64,000 nucleotides of DNA from Octopus vulgaris (taxonomy: Eukaryota). The notes beneath the pieces were generated by a model that was not told where the DNA came from, did no database searches, and saw only the letters and a list, made by a program, of their open reading frames with translations. Location: NCBI GenBank assembly GCA_951406725.2, contig OX597815.1, positions 13,020,001 to 13,084,000 on the forward strand, given 5' to 3'. This document shows, one piece after another, positions 1 through 13,291 of this stretch (positions within the stretch are counted from its first letter, which is position 1; every line of letters begins with the position of its first letter). The translations under genes and the position numbers were made by a program.

Positions 1-398
1 GAAGTGGCTGTGTGGTAAGTAGCTTGCTAACCAATCACATGGTTCCGGATTCAGTCCCACTGCATGGCATCTTGGGCAAGTGTCTTCTGCTATAGCCCCG
101 GGCTGACCAATGCCTTGTGAGTGGATTTGGTAGACGGAAACTAAAAGAAGCCTGTCGTATATATGTATGTATTATGTGTGTGTTTGTGTGTCTGTGTTTG
201 TCCCCCTAGCATTGCTTGACAACCGATGCTGGTGTGATTACGTCCCCGTCACTTAGCGGTTCGGCAAAAAAGAGACCGATAGAACAAGTACTGGGCTTAC
301 AAAGAATAAGTCTCGGCGTCGATTTGCTCGACTAAAGGCGGTGCTCCAGCATGGCCGCAGTCAAATGACTGAAACAAGTAAAAGAGTAAAAGAGAGTA
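1..398 (+). mobile_element. tRNA-derived SINE, family A (CORE-like box, internal TA/TG microsatellite, AAAAGAGT tail)
   Basis: A-box GTGGCTGTGTGG, B-box-like GGATTCAGTCCC, CTTGGGCAAG box; similar copies at 8 other sites in the window. Confidence 0.9.
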
Positions 399-619
399 AT
401 TTTTAATCTTTTAAATTTATGGCTAAGAAGGATTAACCTATATTGTATACTTAGGTAATTCTAAAGTAGGGAATTAATTAAGGTTTACACGTAAAGAGGC
501 TTCTATCTACACTAGGTAAGCTCAATTAATTATGGAGAATATATAGGTAAAATAAAATTTAGAGATATAAATTTCTTTCGATTATGAGACAAATTTTCGT
601 TACTTATTCTAAAGAGAGT

Positions 620-636
620 TTATTGTTGTCGTTATT

Positions 637-690
<54 letters not shown>

Positions 691-766
691 GTTATTATTA
701 TTATTGTTATTATCATTATTATTATTGTTATTATTATTGTTATTAATATCATCATCATCATCATCA

Positions 767-818
<52 letters not shown>
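620..818. repeat. (TTA)n/(TCA)n microsatellite
   Basis: Directly visible triplet array. Confidence 0.97.
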
Positions 819-1113
819 GTAGCATTTCAATGCAGTGACAGATACATTGAATTATGCAGAAAAACTATTAGATGGATAAAAAAAATATATCATACTTACT
901 CCTATGAGGAATTTATAAATTTATGGATGATAAAGGGAATATATTAAGTAGATTTATTAAAAAGATCCTTACTTATTCTAAAATAAATGTTATATTCAAG
1001 AACAATGGGTTATGTCCCATTGTTTATCTGGTGGGGGGGGGTGAATTACGATTAATTGACAGATGAAAAAAATTTTGAAAGCGGTGTGTGGGAACTATAA
1101 GTATAAATTGTGT

Positions 1114-1493
1114 CGTGGCACTCCGTCGGTTACGACGACCAGTGTTCCAGTTGATCCGATGAACGGAACAGCCTGCTTTTGCAATTAATGGGCAAGTGTT
1201 TGAGCACTCCGCAGACACGTGTACCTTTAACATAGTTCTCAGGGAGATTCTGCGTGACACAGTTTGTGAAAAGGCTGGCCTTTTGAAATACAGGTGCAAC
1301 AGAAACAGGAAAAAAGAGTGAGAGAACATTATGGTGAAAGAGTACAGGATTCGCCACCACCCACTGCCGGATCCTCGTGTAACGTCGGGTGTTCTCGCTC
1401 AATAAATACTAACAACGCCCGCCCTAGGAATCGAAACCGCGATTTAACGACCACGAGTCTGCTACCATAACCACTGGACCATTGTGCCTCCAC
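1114..1493 (-). mobile_element. tRNA-derived SINE, family B
   Basis: Reverse complement of the full-length copy at 50065-50453 (tRNA-like head GTGGAGGC.CAATGG.CCAGTGG, tail ...GTAACCGACGGAGTG). Confidence 0.88.
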
Positions 1494-1800
1494 TAAAGGA
1501 GCATTCCCTCAGTTAAGACGATGTGAGTCCCAGGTGATACGATCGATGGAACAGTCTGCTCGTGAAATTAACGTGCAAGTGGCTGAGCATTCCACAGACA
1601 CATGTACCTTTAACGTAGTTCTCAGGGAGATTCAGCGTGACACAGAGTGTGACAAGGATAGCCCTATGAAATACAGCTACTACTCCTTTTTGCCAGCTGA
1701 GTGAACTGGAGCAAGCGAAATAAGGTGTCTTGGTCAAGGACACAACACGTCACCCGGAACTGAACTCACGACGTTACGATCGTTAGCCACGCGCCTTCAC
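1494..1800 (-). mobile_element. SINE, family E (tRNA head plus CORE-like box; 3' half shared with family B)
   Basis: Minus strand reads GTGAAGGCGCGTGGCT...GAGTTCAGTTCC...TTGACCAAGACACC..., then the same GAATCTCCCTGAGAACTACGTTAAAGG tail as family B. Confidence 0.8.
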
Positions 1801-2123
1801 ATAAATTATGTGTATGGTATAGATGTATGTATACATGTAATTTTATGTACATATGTGAGTGAACTTATAATATTTAGATGCAGGTTGAGTCTCAAATATT
1901 ACTGATGTCATGGTATAAGTATATAATCCAAAAAAATAAGACGATGGTAAAAATATGATTAATAGTAGAATGTAGTGGTGATAAAAGAAATATCTTCAAA
2001 TAGGTAAGTAATATTATTGTAGGTACATATAATTATATGAAATGTACTTTTAATGAAAGTGAAGCATACAGAAAATATGAGTATAAATTGTGTGGATGAT
2101 ATAGATATATGTAAGGAAAAATT

Positions 2124-2525
2124 TGGCTCTGGGGTAAGTAGCTTGCTTACGAACCACATGGTTCCGGGTTCAGTCCCACTGCGGGGCACCTCGGGTGTCT
2201 TCTACTATAGCCTCGGGCCGACCAAAGCCTTGTGAGTGGATTTGGTAGGCGGAAACTGAAAGAGGCCCGTCGTATATATGTATATATATATATATATATA
2301 TGTGTGTATATATGTTTGTGTGTATGTGTTTGTCTCTCCAACATCGCTTGCCAAGCGATGCTGGTGTGTTTACGTCTCCGTAACTTAGCGGTTCGGCAAA
2401 AGAGACCGATAGAATAAGTACTAGGCTTACAAAAAATAAGTCCTGGGGTCGATTTGCTCGACTAAAGGCGGTGCTCCCACATGGCTACAGTCAAATGACT
2501 GAAACAAGTAAAAGAGTAAAAGAGT
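2124..2525 (+). mobile_element. SINE family A copy
   Basis: Colinear with 1-398. Confidence 0.9.
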
Positions 2526-3099
2526 ATATGTGAGTGAACGTATACTATTTAAGTACATGTAGAATCTCGATTGTTGTTGATGCTATGGTATAAGAGGATG
2601 GTTTATGTGGAATATACATATATTGCAATTAACAATGATGGAGATATTATAAATGGCTGTATTAAGTTGACATAAATTGAGATTAGAATTTGGAATCAAA
2701 TTTAAGTTTATTTAATTGTAGATTAAAGATTAAATATTAAAGTGTTAAATAATATTCTGGGAATTAACATATTGGGTATAAATATATATCTAATAAAAAA
2801 TGGTATAAAGAGTGGGTTACTAAATGATATATATAGGTAATATTTATCGTAGAATTGGAACATTAAAAGCAGGATTTATATGAAATATGTGATTAAGGTA
2901 GAATGTATGTTTAATCAGAAATGTTAGGTCTATATAGAATATATTAGAATATTTATCTCTGATGTATTATATATTATTATTTTGCGATAAAATATGTAGT
3001 GAATTATTTACATTTAGAAAAAATATATTTGTGTACATATAAGCATTGAGGAATTTTCTAGGATCTGTCATTTAAAAGTTTATGTTTAGAGAATAAGAT

Positions 3100-3880
3100 G
3101 TTGTATGTTTCATCCAGGCAATGTAAACAGGTTTTCGCTGGTATTTTTTATGCTTGAGCGTTATTTAAAATTTTCCATGCTATAAGTTATTTTGTTCATT
3201 ATTTTATCTCCAGTGAGAATGGGTAGACTTTGTATGATAATGTTGAACGTCTCACTGTTTCCTGGGTTGTGTGAAGAGATATATGGAAGTACTTTTAGAT
3301 ATGGTGCTGTATTTCGGTTAACTTCATGTAATTCTCGTATGTCTATTTCCTTATTGGAAGCGCCATCCAACCAAAATGCAAATATATGGGAAACTACCAC
3401 CTGTGTCATCTCTTGTGAAAGGTAGGAGAGTCCAGTTTGCTGGACATTGTTGTAGAGCTGAAAAAGAGGTAATTTCTACTCTTCTCCTCTGGAAGCCATC
3501 TACTCGCAATACCAGAGGGCGCACACTCTCCTACCCTGATGTAATCTCCAGGGATACAGGCATCCAGCAACAAGACCTCCGTAATGCCATGATGGACCGT
3601 GAAGTCTGACGTAGCATGGTAAATTCCATTGTCTCGACCACGGTCGAACAATGATGATGATGATTTCCTTTGTTCCTTGAATCCCATCATCTATTAATGA
3701 TTTTGGGCAATGTTTCCTAATTAGTGTTGATTTTTAGTTCTCAGAGTCTTAATTCACAGGTATTGGTATACGAAACTATGGTCCAAATTCTTTCTGCTAG
3801 TTTATGAGTTATATTAATTTTTGTGTGCTTCTTGTGGCATGAGTTGAATAACAAGTAGTGATTATAGATAGATTTATTCA
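3100..3880 (-). pseudogene. Penelope-like element (PLE) RT thumb/linker relic, split by a LINE insertion
   Basis: Minus frames give YLLFNSCHKKHTKINITHKLAERIWTIVS and LPYISSHNPGNSETFNII, typical of the PLE region between RT and GIY-YIG; multiple stops. Confidence 0.7.
3353..3662 (+). mobile_element. 5'-truncated RTE-type (RTE/RTE-X) LINE 3' end
   Basis: ORF IYGKLPPVSSLVKGRRVQFAGHCCRAEKE...GRTLSYPDVISRDTG...AMMDREV, (TGA)n tail, 8-bp flanking duplication ATTTCCTT. Confidence 0.8.
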
Positions 3881-4170
3881 ATTGGGCTATTGAGCAATTT
3901 AGGTAAATAGAAAGATCTAAGAAAATTAAAGATAACTTCGTCAAAGACAATCCTAGAAATAACAAACAAATCACTTGAAGAATGTCTATTTTATGGCGAC
4001 AGTGGGGGTATATTAAGATGTCTTCCCATTACGGTAGCCATTCTTCAAGTGCTGTGTTTGTTATTTCAAGCTGACGAAGGTATCATTAATTTTCTTGGGT
4101 TTAAACCTCTCTGAATGACAATTACTTCAAATTGCCTCTTACATATATATATACATAGGTGAATGTATGC

Positions 4171-4240
<70 letters not shown>

Positions 4241-4241
<1 letters not shown>

Positions 4242-4447
4242 ATTACCTGAAGATTGACTGTAACCATAACTCGAATTATTACGAATTGGACAGCCATGAA
4301 ACGATCGTAGTGTTTTACTCATTATCTTTTATTAAACTTTTAATACTTTTGATATATATTTAAAATAATATAAATTAATTAATTTTATGTATTGGCTTGT
4401 GTTTTTCATTGTTTGATTTGCCTAATAGTGGTTTTATCTCTAATTTA

Positions 4448-4452
<5 letters not shown>
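4241..4452 (+). ncRNA. Hammerhead-ribozyme-bearing PLE terminal-repeat module between (TA)n tracts
   Basis: CTGAAGA (4247-4253), stem II, GAAA (4298-4301), palindromic CGATCG, TA; ATTAAA downstream. Confidence 0.7.
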
Positions 4453-4514
<62 letters not shown>

Positions 4515-4619
4515 ATATGTATGTATATGTGTGAATGTATATATATACGTGATCGTGTGTGTATTTATACTCATAACATATCTTTATTATTGTGAAACTG
4601 TCTTCTGCGCGTGCATGCT

Positions 4620-5251
4620 TATAGTTGGTAATATTGTGGTCACATGATCGAAGTTCGAGCCTGATCGCGTCATTTTTCGTTCTGCTTTTCCTGTGTAAGA
4701 ATGGTAGCTCCACTAGCATTTTGCACCAAGGAAGAACAAAAGCAGAGATACGATTTCTCTGGAAAAGGAGTGTACGATCAACAGTGCAAGATACACAGCT
4801 TTGCTAGTCAAGACACTGAAGTCAACAATTCATACAAAGCGCCGAAGCATATTGTCGAAGTAAGTTTTATTGTTGCATGACAATGCACGCCCACAGACGG
4901 TTGAAACCCTCAACCAACCGGGATTTTCAGGAGCTGGAACAGCCTGACTACAGCCCAGATCTCACCACTTCCGACTATCCTTTCCTTGGACTGCTCAAAG
5001 ATGGTTAACGAGATCGTCGATTTCCTACGGATGAAGACGTCAAGAAAGCAGTGCATTAATTGTTGCACAACCAACCGAAACTCTTCTTCTTAGAGGGAAT
5101 AGGCCAGTCCATGGACCATTGGACCAAGTGCACTGAAAATGATGGAGACTATATAGAAAAATTACGCAATTCTTTATCCCTTGCTTTTGTGTAAATACAT
5201 TGAAAAAATAACAAGAGGGCGTATACATTTTTGACCCCCCTCTCTCGTGTA
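4620..5251 (+). mobile_element. Internally deleted mariner transposase relic
   Basis: LLHDNARP and DYSPDLTTSDY motifs, C-terminal WTKCTENDGDYIEK, TIR-like end ...TTTTGACCCCCCTCTCTCGTG. Confidence 0.85.
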
Positions 5252-5254
5252 TCG

Positions 5255-5569
5255 ATCTATCCGCTCAGTCGAAGTCGACTCTAGGTTACTCCATGGATCA
5301 GTGTCCTCCAGTCAGTTCTATCCTAGGCCGCTTCTTTCAGATTGGCTATGTCCATTCCGGTATCACTCTTGATGGTGTCAAGCCAGCGGGTTCTTGGTCG
5401 GCCTCTTCTTCTCTTGTCACTGACCATTCCGAGCAAGACGTCCTTCTCCAGTGATTTTCTCCGCATAATATGACCAAAATATACCAATCTATGCTTGGTG
5501 ATCCTAGCTTCTAGTGACATTTTCGGTCTGATCTGCTTAAGAAGTTTTCCATTGGTGAGCCTCGCTGTC

Positions 5570-5570
<1 letters not shown>
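5255..5570 (-). mobile_element. RTE (BovB-like) LINE 3' end
   Basis: SLEARITKHRLVYFGHIMRRKSLEKDVLLGMVSDKRRRGRPRTRWLDTIK is the classic RTE C-terminus. Confidence 0.92.
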
Positions 5571-6222
<652 letters not shown>

Positions 6223-7009
6223 TGCGAGTTATGTCTCATGATTTCTGGAAGATGTCATAAATTGAATTTCATTTATTCTTACAGTCATCTATTTTAAAAA
6301 TTAAATTGTGTAGTTATACCAATAAGCATCTCGCTAATTAATTTTAAATTGAGACGAGTAATCTTAATAAACTAAATGAAATGCCCACGTATATTAATAC
6401 GGATTATTATCAGCAACACTTGGTATTAAAATATTTTTTCAGAGATGTAAATAAAATTAGTTCAGCTACACTTGTGGCTAAGGGAACCTTTAATATTATT
6501 CTAAAATATTGCTTTAGAGGAAATTGGATTATGGAACAAGAATTATTGCTTCATTCCAAAATCATTTATTAGAAAACTATATAAAGTTTTATTTGTTTTA
6601 AGGCCCCTGTCACTGTGTGCTTTATAAGCAAAGAACAAATGACATCTAGACATTATAGGTAAGAAATTTACTCAATACAGTTGTTGTTCAAAATTTATAT
6701 AATAGAAACTTTATAAACGTTATTACATTTCACTATTAATATTTAATATATTTTATTAAGCAAATCAGCTGATGCGAAGTTTGATAGCAATAAAACTGAA
6801 CACTAGGAACATTCGTACAGATTCTCGGGCTTTCAGGTTATGTTTAATTCCTAACATACATGTTTTGTATAACAATACATACATTGGAATTATTAAGGGT
6901 ATATTTAAGGAACGTTACCATAATGATTTATCCAGTATGCAGTGATAATTTTACAGCTATTTTCACGAATTGAAGGACAACTACTTTAATAATTTAATAA
7001 ATTCACCAT

Positions 7010-7290
7010 TTGTCGGGGGCTGTGTTCCACTCTATCCGATTTGCAGAACAGTCTGCTCGTGAAAATAAACGTGCAATATCAGAGATCTCCAAAGTCCTGC
7101 ATAGCCTTGTGATATTTCCCAAGGAGAATAAACGTAATACAAAATAGGCGAAGACTAGACCTTCGTATTACATGTACAACTCAGATTGTCTGAAATAGCG
7201 TGAAACGAAGTGCCTTGTGAAAGATTACAAAGCACTGCTGGGATTCGAACTCACAAGTTTAGGATCATGAGCTGAATACTTTTCTCGCAC
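7010..7290 (-). mobile_element. Degenerate SINE, family B/E type
   Basis: GAACAGTCTGCTCGTGAAAATAAACGTGCA and GGGATTCGAACTCAC match 1549-1770. Confidence 0.65.
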
Positions 7291-7437
7291 CCTCCCGACA
7301 ACATAGATGACTGCTATGTTTGTAAATTAAAGATGATGCTTCTACATTATTACAATCCATTATAAGTGAAACGTTTTTAATACTTAGAAATATGCTATCG
7401 TAAATAATCTCAACTATCTGAAGGAAAGATTTGGAAT

Positions 7438-7640
7438 ACTCTTTTACTGGTTTCAGTCATTTTGACTGCGGCCATGCTGGAGCACCGCCTTTAGTCGAGC
7501 AAATCGACCCCGGGACTTATTCCTTGTAAGCCCAGTACTTATTCTATCGCTCTCTTTTGCCGAACCGCTAAGTGACAGGGACGTAAACACACCAGCATCG
7601 ATTGTCAAGCAATGCTAGGGGGACAAACATAGACACACAA

Positions 7641-7695
<55 letters not shown>

Positions 7696-7870
7696 TAGAT
7701 ATATACGACAGGCTTTTTTCAGTTTCCCTCTACCAAATCCACTCACAAGGCATTGGTCGGCCCGGGGGCTATAGCAGAAGACACTTGCCCAAGATGCCAC
7801 GCAGTGGGACTGAATCCGGAACCATGTGATTGGTTAGCAAGCTACTTACCACACAGCCACTCCTGCACCT
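7438..7870 (-). mobile_element. SINE family A copy
   Basis: Full-length reverse-complement copy. Confidence 0.92.
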
Positions 7871-7879
7871 TTTTTTAAA

Positions 7880-8750
7880 CATTTAAATATACTTGATTTT
7901 GTAAATGTAAAGAAGTTTCTATTCCTGATAGATCCAATGAGCGGAAGCTGCAAATTTCTCAAAAATTGCATCCCATGAATTTATAATTTGCTTCACGTTG
8001 ATCGTATGCTTTAGCCTGCTAATTTTACAATTTTGGTTTTACATTATAACTTATTACAGGAATTTCTCCACCAGATTTTCTCTATTCTCTTACTTTGTAT
8101 AATAAGTACAGCCTGAAAGACATTCTATTAACATTCTAAAAATACAAAACAATTGTTTATTTCACGTCAACATTATTTTGTGCAAGATTTCCGTTGCACC
8201 AAGTGCGACCTTGTCATTGAAGTGATCTGACTTCATCTACTTCCTGGAGAGGTTGTTGGTCGGCACATATATTTCTTGGGATAAATTTTTAGTGATATGT
8301 AATGTTTTCTGAAGCGATGTTGTTGCATATGTGTTATATTCCTTAAGCAATAAATAGCAGAACTGTTCGTGTTTTTGAAAGCCTGGTTGAAGCTATCGGA
8401 ATTGCGGATGGGGTATAGTTTTAGTTCTTCTTGTCAATATGCATAGCAATGCGTGTCTGTATTTCTACATTGAGCCAATTATATTTTCACTAGCCTGAAT
8501 GTTTTTCATGCTCAGATGCCCCATGTGTGCAAAAAATATATACAATTTTCTATCCTCAGGTTCAGGTATTTGCTTTTCAGTTGTGATGTCAATATGCCTT
8601 TGGCTTAGCATGTTTATCATTTACTCAAGTCGCTGTGAGATGGGTTGCACCTGTCATTTAAAAGTTTGACTACCTTGTGGCATTATCGTAACCTGCTTCT
8701 ATATTTCAATAAGTACTTGAGCGCTTACGATTTTAGGTCAAGCAATAATT
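7880..8750 (-). mobile_element. Probable highly decayed Tc1-like transposase
   Basis: Minus-strand remnants such as RIEKIW (cf. NPIENLW) and VFQ; many stops. Confidence 0.4.
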
Positions 8751-9133
8751 TTAAATATTCATATTCAAAATGGAAACCGGTGTGTGTGTGTGTGTATGTG
8801 CGTGCGTACGTACCTGCGTGAGCGTGCATGCATATGTATAAGTACGTAGATATGCCCTGACGTATGAGCGTAAGAGTGTCTCTATGTACTCATTCTGTGA
8901 ATAACGCTTTTCCGAATGGTAAGATGTTCGCTTCTCACTCAAAATGTGTAGCACCTTGGTATGCAGGAATTAACACGACCTCGGATAGCGATGGCGATTC
9001 TGAGTGAAATTGAGGAAACGGAAACCAGAAAGTCATTAACTGCATTGAACATGTAATTCAAACGCCATGAATGCAATATAAGATACTGCACATCATATAT
9101 ATATATATATATATATAAATATATATATATATA

Positions 9134-9357
9134 CTTTATTTAAAGCAGCACAAAATTCAACAAAACCTGCACTTGAGTTTCCCGTTGCCGTTCATCGGAC
9201 AGTTTTTGCTAGAAAAACTGTCCGATGAACGGCAACGGGAAACTCAGAGTAACAGGTTTTGTTGAATTTTCTGCTACTTTAAATAAAGCATATTACTCTA
9301 CCACTGGTATTTGAGTACTCGTTTTTCCACCTTGTTTCACATTTATGTGTTTACTCC

Positions 9358-9358
<1 letters not shown>
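9134..9358 (+). ncRNA. Fold-back module with minimal hammerhead motif, flanked by (TA)n
   Basis: Arms 9134-9207/9213-9288; CTGT-CCGATGA-ACGGCAACGG-GAAA-CTCAGAG-TA-ACAG; AATAAA downstream. Confidence 0.7.
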
Positions 9359-9419
<61 letters not shown>

Positions 9420-10116
9420 TGCCAACGAATTAGTTTAAAGTGTATTTTTACGTGGAAAGCTCTGTCTTTTGCATACATATTCAATGTGCAATAATGTTGT
9501 TTTGCTTGATCAATTGTAACGAAACAGACAGAGATGCATAAATTTTTCTTTTGCCTGTATATATGCAAATGGACGTTTACAGTTTTTATTTTTATCTCTG
9601 CTTGTGTATTCGTATATTCAACTAGTTATATATATTCAGTGCTAACAAATGGTAAAACATTTCTATAATGCAGTGATACAGAAAACCGTAGTGCCACCAT
9701 TTTTGTCGGTTTTCCAATAAGTAATTATATTTATTATTGGTAATGCTGATACACCGATGTGGAATTATAAATTATTTGATAAAATTGTTGCGAATGAAGC
9801 ATATATACTGCACAGTGTCTTCAATAAGAAGCCCTAATTAATATAATTAATCTTAGCGGTTATTTATTCACAAGCTAGTTTGCAAATAGGATGTATAATG
9901 TATTCTTTCCCTCTAGGTGACTAAAATAGCTGAGTCTGAGAAATGCAAGATTTTCTTCTCATTATCAACGAAAGAAATGCTGACCACGAATAATTTCATT
10001 CGAATTCATTATTTTCGCATATATTTTGCTGCTGGTTCTTAATGAATATAAATTACCATTTCAACTGCTAATAGTTTTAATGACTTTTCAATGCACTTAC
10101 TTCTCTGTTCGCCGAT

Positions 10117-10472
10117 TCTTCTTCTTCTTCTTCTTCTTCTTCTTCTTCTTCTTCTTCTTCTTCTTCTTCTTCTTCTTCTTCTTCTTCTCCTTCTCCTTCT
10201 CCTTCTTCTTCTTCTTCTTCTTCTTCTCCTTCTTCTTCTTCGTCTTCTTTTCTTCTTCTTCTTTAATTTTACCTCTTTATTCTACTTCTGTTCTATCTTG
10301 TTCCCGTAGATGCTGTTGTTGTTGTTGTTGTTGTTGTTCTTCTTCTTCTTCTTCTTCTTCTTCTTCTTCTTCTTCTTCTTCTCCTTCTCCTTCTTCTTCT
10401 CCTTCTTCCTCTTCTTAATCTTCTTCCTCTGGTTCCTCTTTTTCTTTTTCTTCTTCTGATTATTATTATTAA

Positions 10473-10521
<49 letters not shown>

Positions 10522-10545
10522 TTACTATTATTATTATTAGTATTA

Positions 10546-10622
<77 letters not shown>

Positions 10623-10645
10623 ATCATTATTATTATTATTATTAA

Positions 10646-10700
<55 letters not shown>

Positions 10701-10723
10701 ATCATTATTATTATTATTATTAA

Positions 10724-10763
<40 letters not shown>

Positions 10764-10769
10764 TTACTA

Positions 10770-10858
<89 letters not shown>

Positions 10859-10891
10859 TTACTATTATTATTATTATTATTATTATTAATA

Positions 10892-10947
<56 letters not shown>

Positions 10948-10979
10948 TTTTACTATTATTATTATTATTATTATTAATA

Positions 10980-11013
<34 letters not shown>

Positions 11014-11090
11014 CATCATTATTGATGTTGTTCTTTTTTGTTGCTCTTGTTGTTCTTGTTGTTATTATTATTATCAATGCTATTAATGTT
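10117..11090. repeat. (TTC)n, (TTG)n and (TTA)n arrays
   Basis: Directly visible. Confidence 0.97.
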
Positions 11091-11566
11091 GTTTTGTTGC
11101 GTTTGCAATAGTTGCTATAGATATTAAGGTTAGTTTTTTTTTTTTTAACTGTTATTTGTATTGGTTGTCTGAAGTATTTTTTGGTCTTTTTTCAATGAAG
11201 ACCAGGTAATTTGTCAAATTTTTCACATGTATGCAAATATGCTTTTCATGTGCGTGTTAGTACATATTAAATTCACGGCAGAATCTTCATTGCGCGGAAA
11301 TACTTTCCTTCGCATTTTCATCCTTCTTTTTCTCACTCGTTAATTACACTATAATCTCTCGATCTTTCATTTGCCTCATGTAATACACCCCCACAAACAG
11401 AGAAACAAGCACACGCACACACATACGCGCACAAGCACACACACTCACACTCACTCTCTTTCTCGCTCTCTCTCTATCTCAAACACACACATATATGCAG
11501 AGAGAGTATGGATCTCGATAGACCGATATAGACACACACATACATAAATGTACATGAGTGTCATAC

Positions 11567-11599
<33 letters not shown>

Positions 11600-12714
11600 T
11601 ATATATACACATACAAATATATAAATTCAATTGATATAGACACCATATAACCATATATATATATATATGTATGTATGTGTGTGTGCGCGCGTGTACGTAT
11701 GTACACATATATACATACACACGAATCCCTCGCGTTGCGGCATAATTCACACCCTGCAAATCTTAACATATAGCGAAGTCACATAATGCAAATTTTGTTA
11801 TGCATGAAATCTATTTCTAAACATATAATACTTATATGCACATAAAAAGGAAACGTTTGACGAAAAATACCATAGGTTATTAATAGAGAGCATAACAAGG
11901 TAATGTTGTATGTTAATGCCGCAAAATATGCTCGCCACCGTTTCAAGAGTGTTGTGACAGTTAATGACAGGTTAAAAGAGTCTAATGTCTACCTTATAGG
12001 TCATCAACATCAACATGTACTTGACGGTTCAAGAATTTATACAAAATTCTTTAATATTTATAACATCCTGTCCTTGTAATACTGAGAGGACGTACATAAC
12101 TCACTGTTAAATTTTCTTTAAATTTTTGATACTTTCTGCTTGTTGAAAACTTTTACACTCACGGATGCATTCTGGTCATATATTTTCCATGTAACATTCA
12201 AATTAGAGCAATTCGCTTCATCCTATGCCCCAGCTGGTTTATTCTAAGAAAAAGCTATGTTTATTTTCCTTCAGAATAGTATAACTGTAGTGTGATCATA
12301 TCTGACAATTGCTTTCATAAGTTATTTGAATGTTCTTCTCAGGAGACATTGCATTGAAATTGGCTTTCACATCTTTAACCTTTGTATGGAGCAAATAAAA
12401 TGTACTTTCTCAGGTATGCGTTCAACTCGTGCAACACAAGAAAGCTCATATACCTTTACAGGGCTGCTTAGTTTATCGTTTAAAATGGGCATTTCCTTGT
12501 TTGATTAGCACTGTTCTTTTCCACAACTGGACGAAAACTTTTCGAATCCCTCTTCGAAAAGACTCTTTGACATCCATCCCTTTTTTACAGGTATGGTGTA
12601 CATCGGTTATATATATTAATGGGCTACTGAATTCTTTTTTTTTTTTATGCATGACTGTTCACTGTTCATATTACCATGATTTTATCCTGGTCATAAGATA
12701 CCCTGTAAAGGAGC

Positions 12715-13015
12715 ATTCTCAGCAGTTAGAGATTCAGGCTCACAATCGTAAGATAGTAAGTTCAATTCCTGGACCGGGTTGTGTTGTGTTATTGAGCAAG
12801 ACACTTTATTTCACATATTCCAGTTCACGCAGTTGTAGGAATTAGTTGCAGTATCACGGATGCCAAACTGTATCGGTCTTCGCCTTTCCCATGGATAACA
12901 TTTGTGGCGTTACCAATATCTATAAACAAACATGCGCGGTCTTGTGCCTCGGATGGTAAATGTCTAGGAGCAATCCCATTGTCCGAAATCCCATGACCGA
13001 AACAAGTCTTTATCT
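12715..13015 (+). mobile_element. Old tRNA/CORE-like SINE (family D): head like family E, different tail
   Basis: B-box AGTTCAATTCC followed by TTGAGCAAGACACTTTATTTC box. Confidence 0.7.
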
Positions 13016-13291
13016 TTCACCATTTAAAATACCTTGAAATATTTTTGTATTCACCATTCATCGAGAGAATATATGGTCCGTACTTAGAATTAAAAGCCAT
13101 GTCTTAGGATACCATTTTTCCTGTATATTATTTATATATTTTACAGTGTAACCCAGAATACAATGAATTAGACGTTGTTCTCTACAACATCCGTTTGTAT
13201 TCTGTAAATCCGGAGTTGCATTATCCTAAGTACTTTTTCAACAAACATTCCCGCCACTTCCACACCAAGATCTTTCCTAGTGTAATATACC

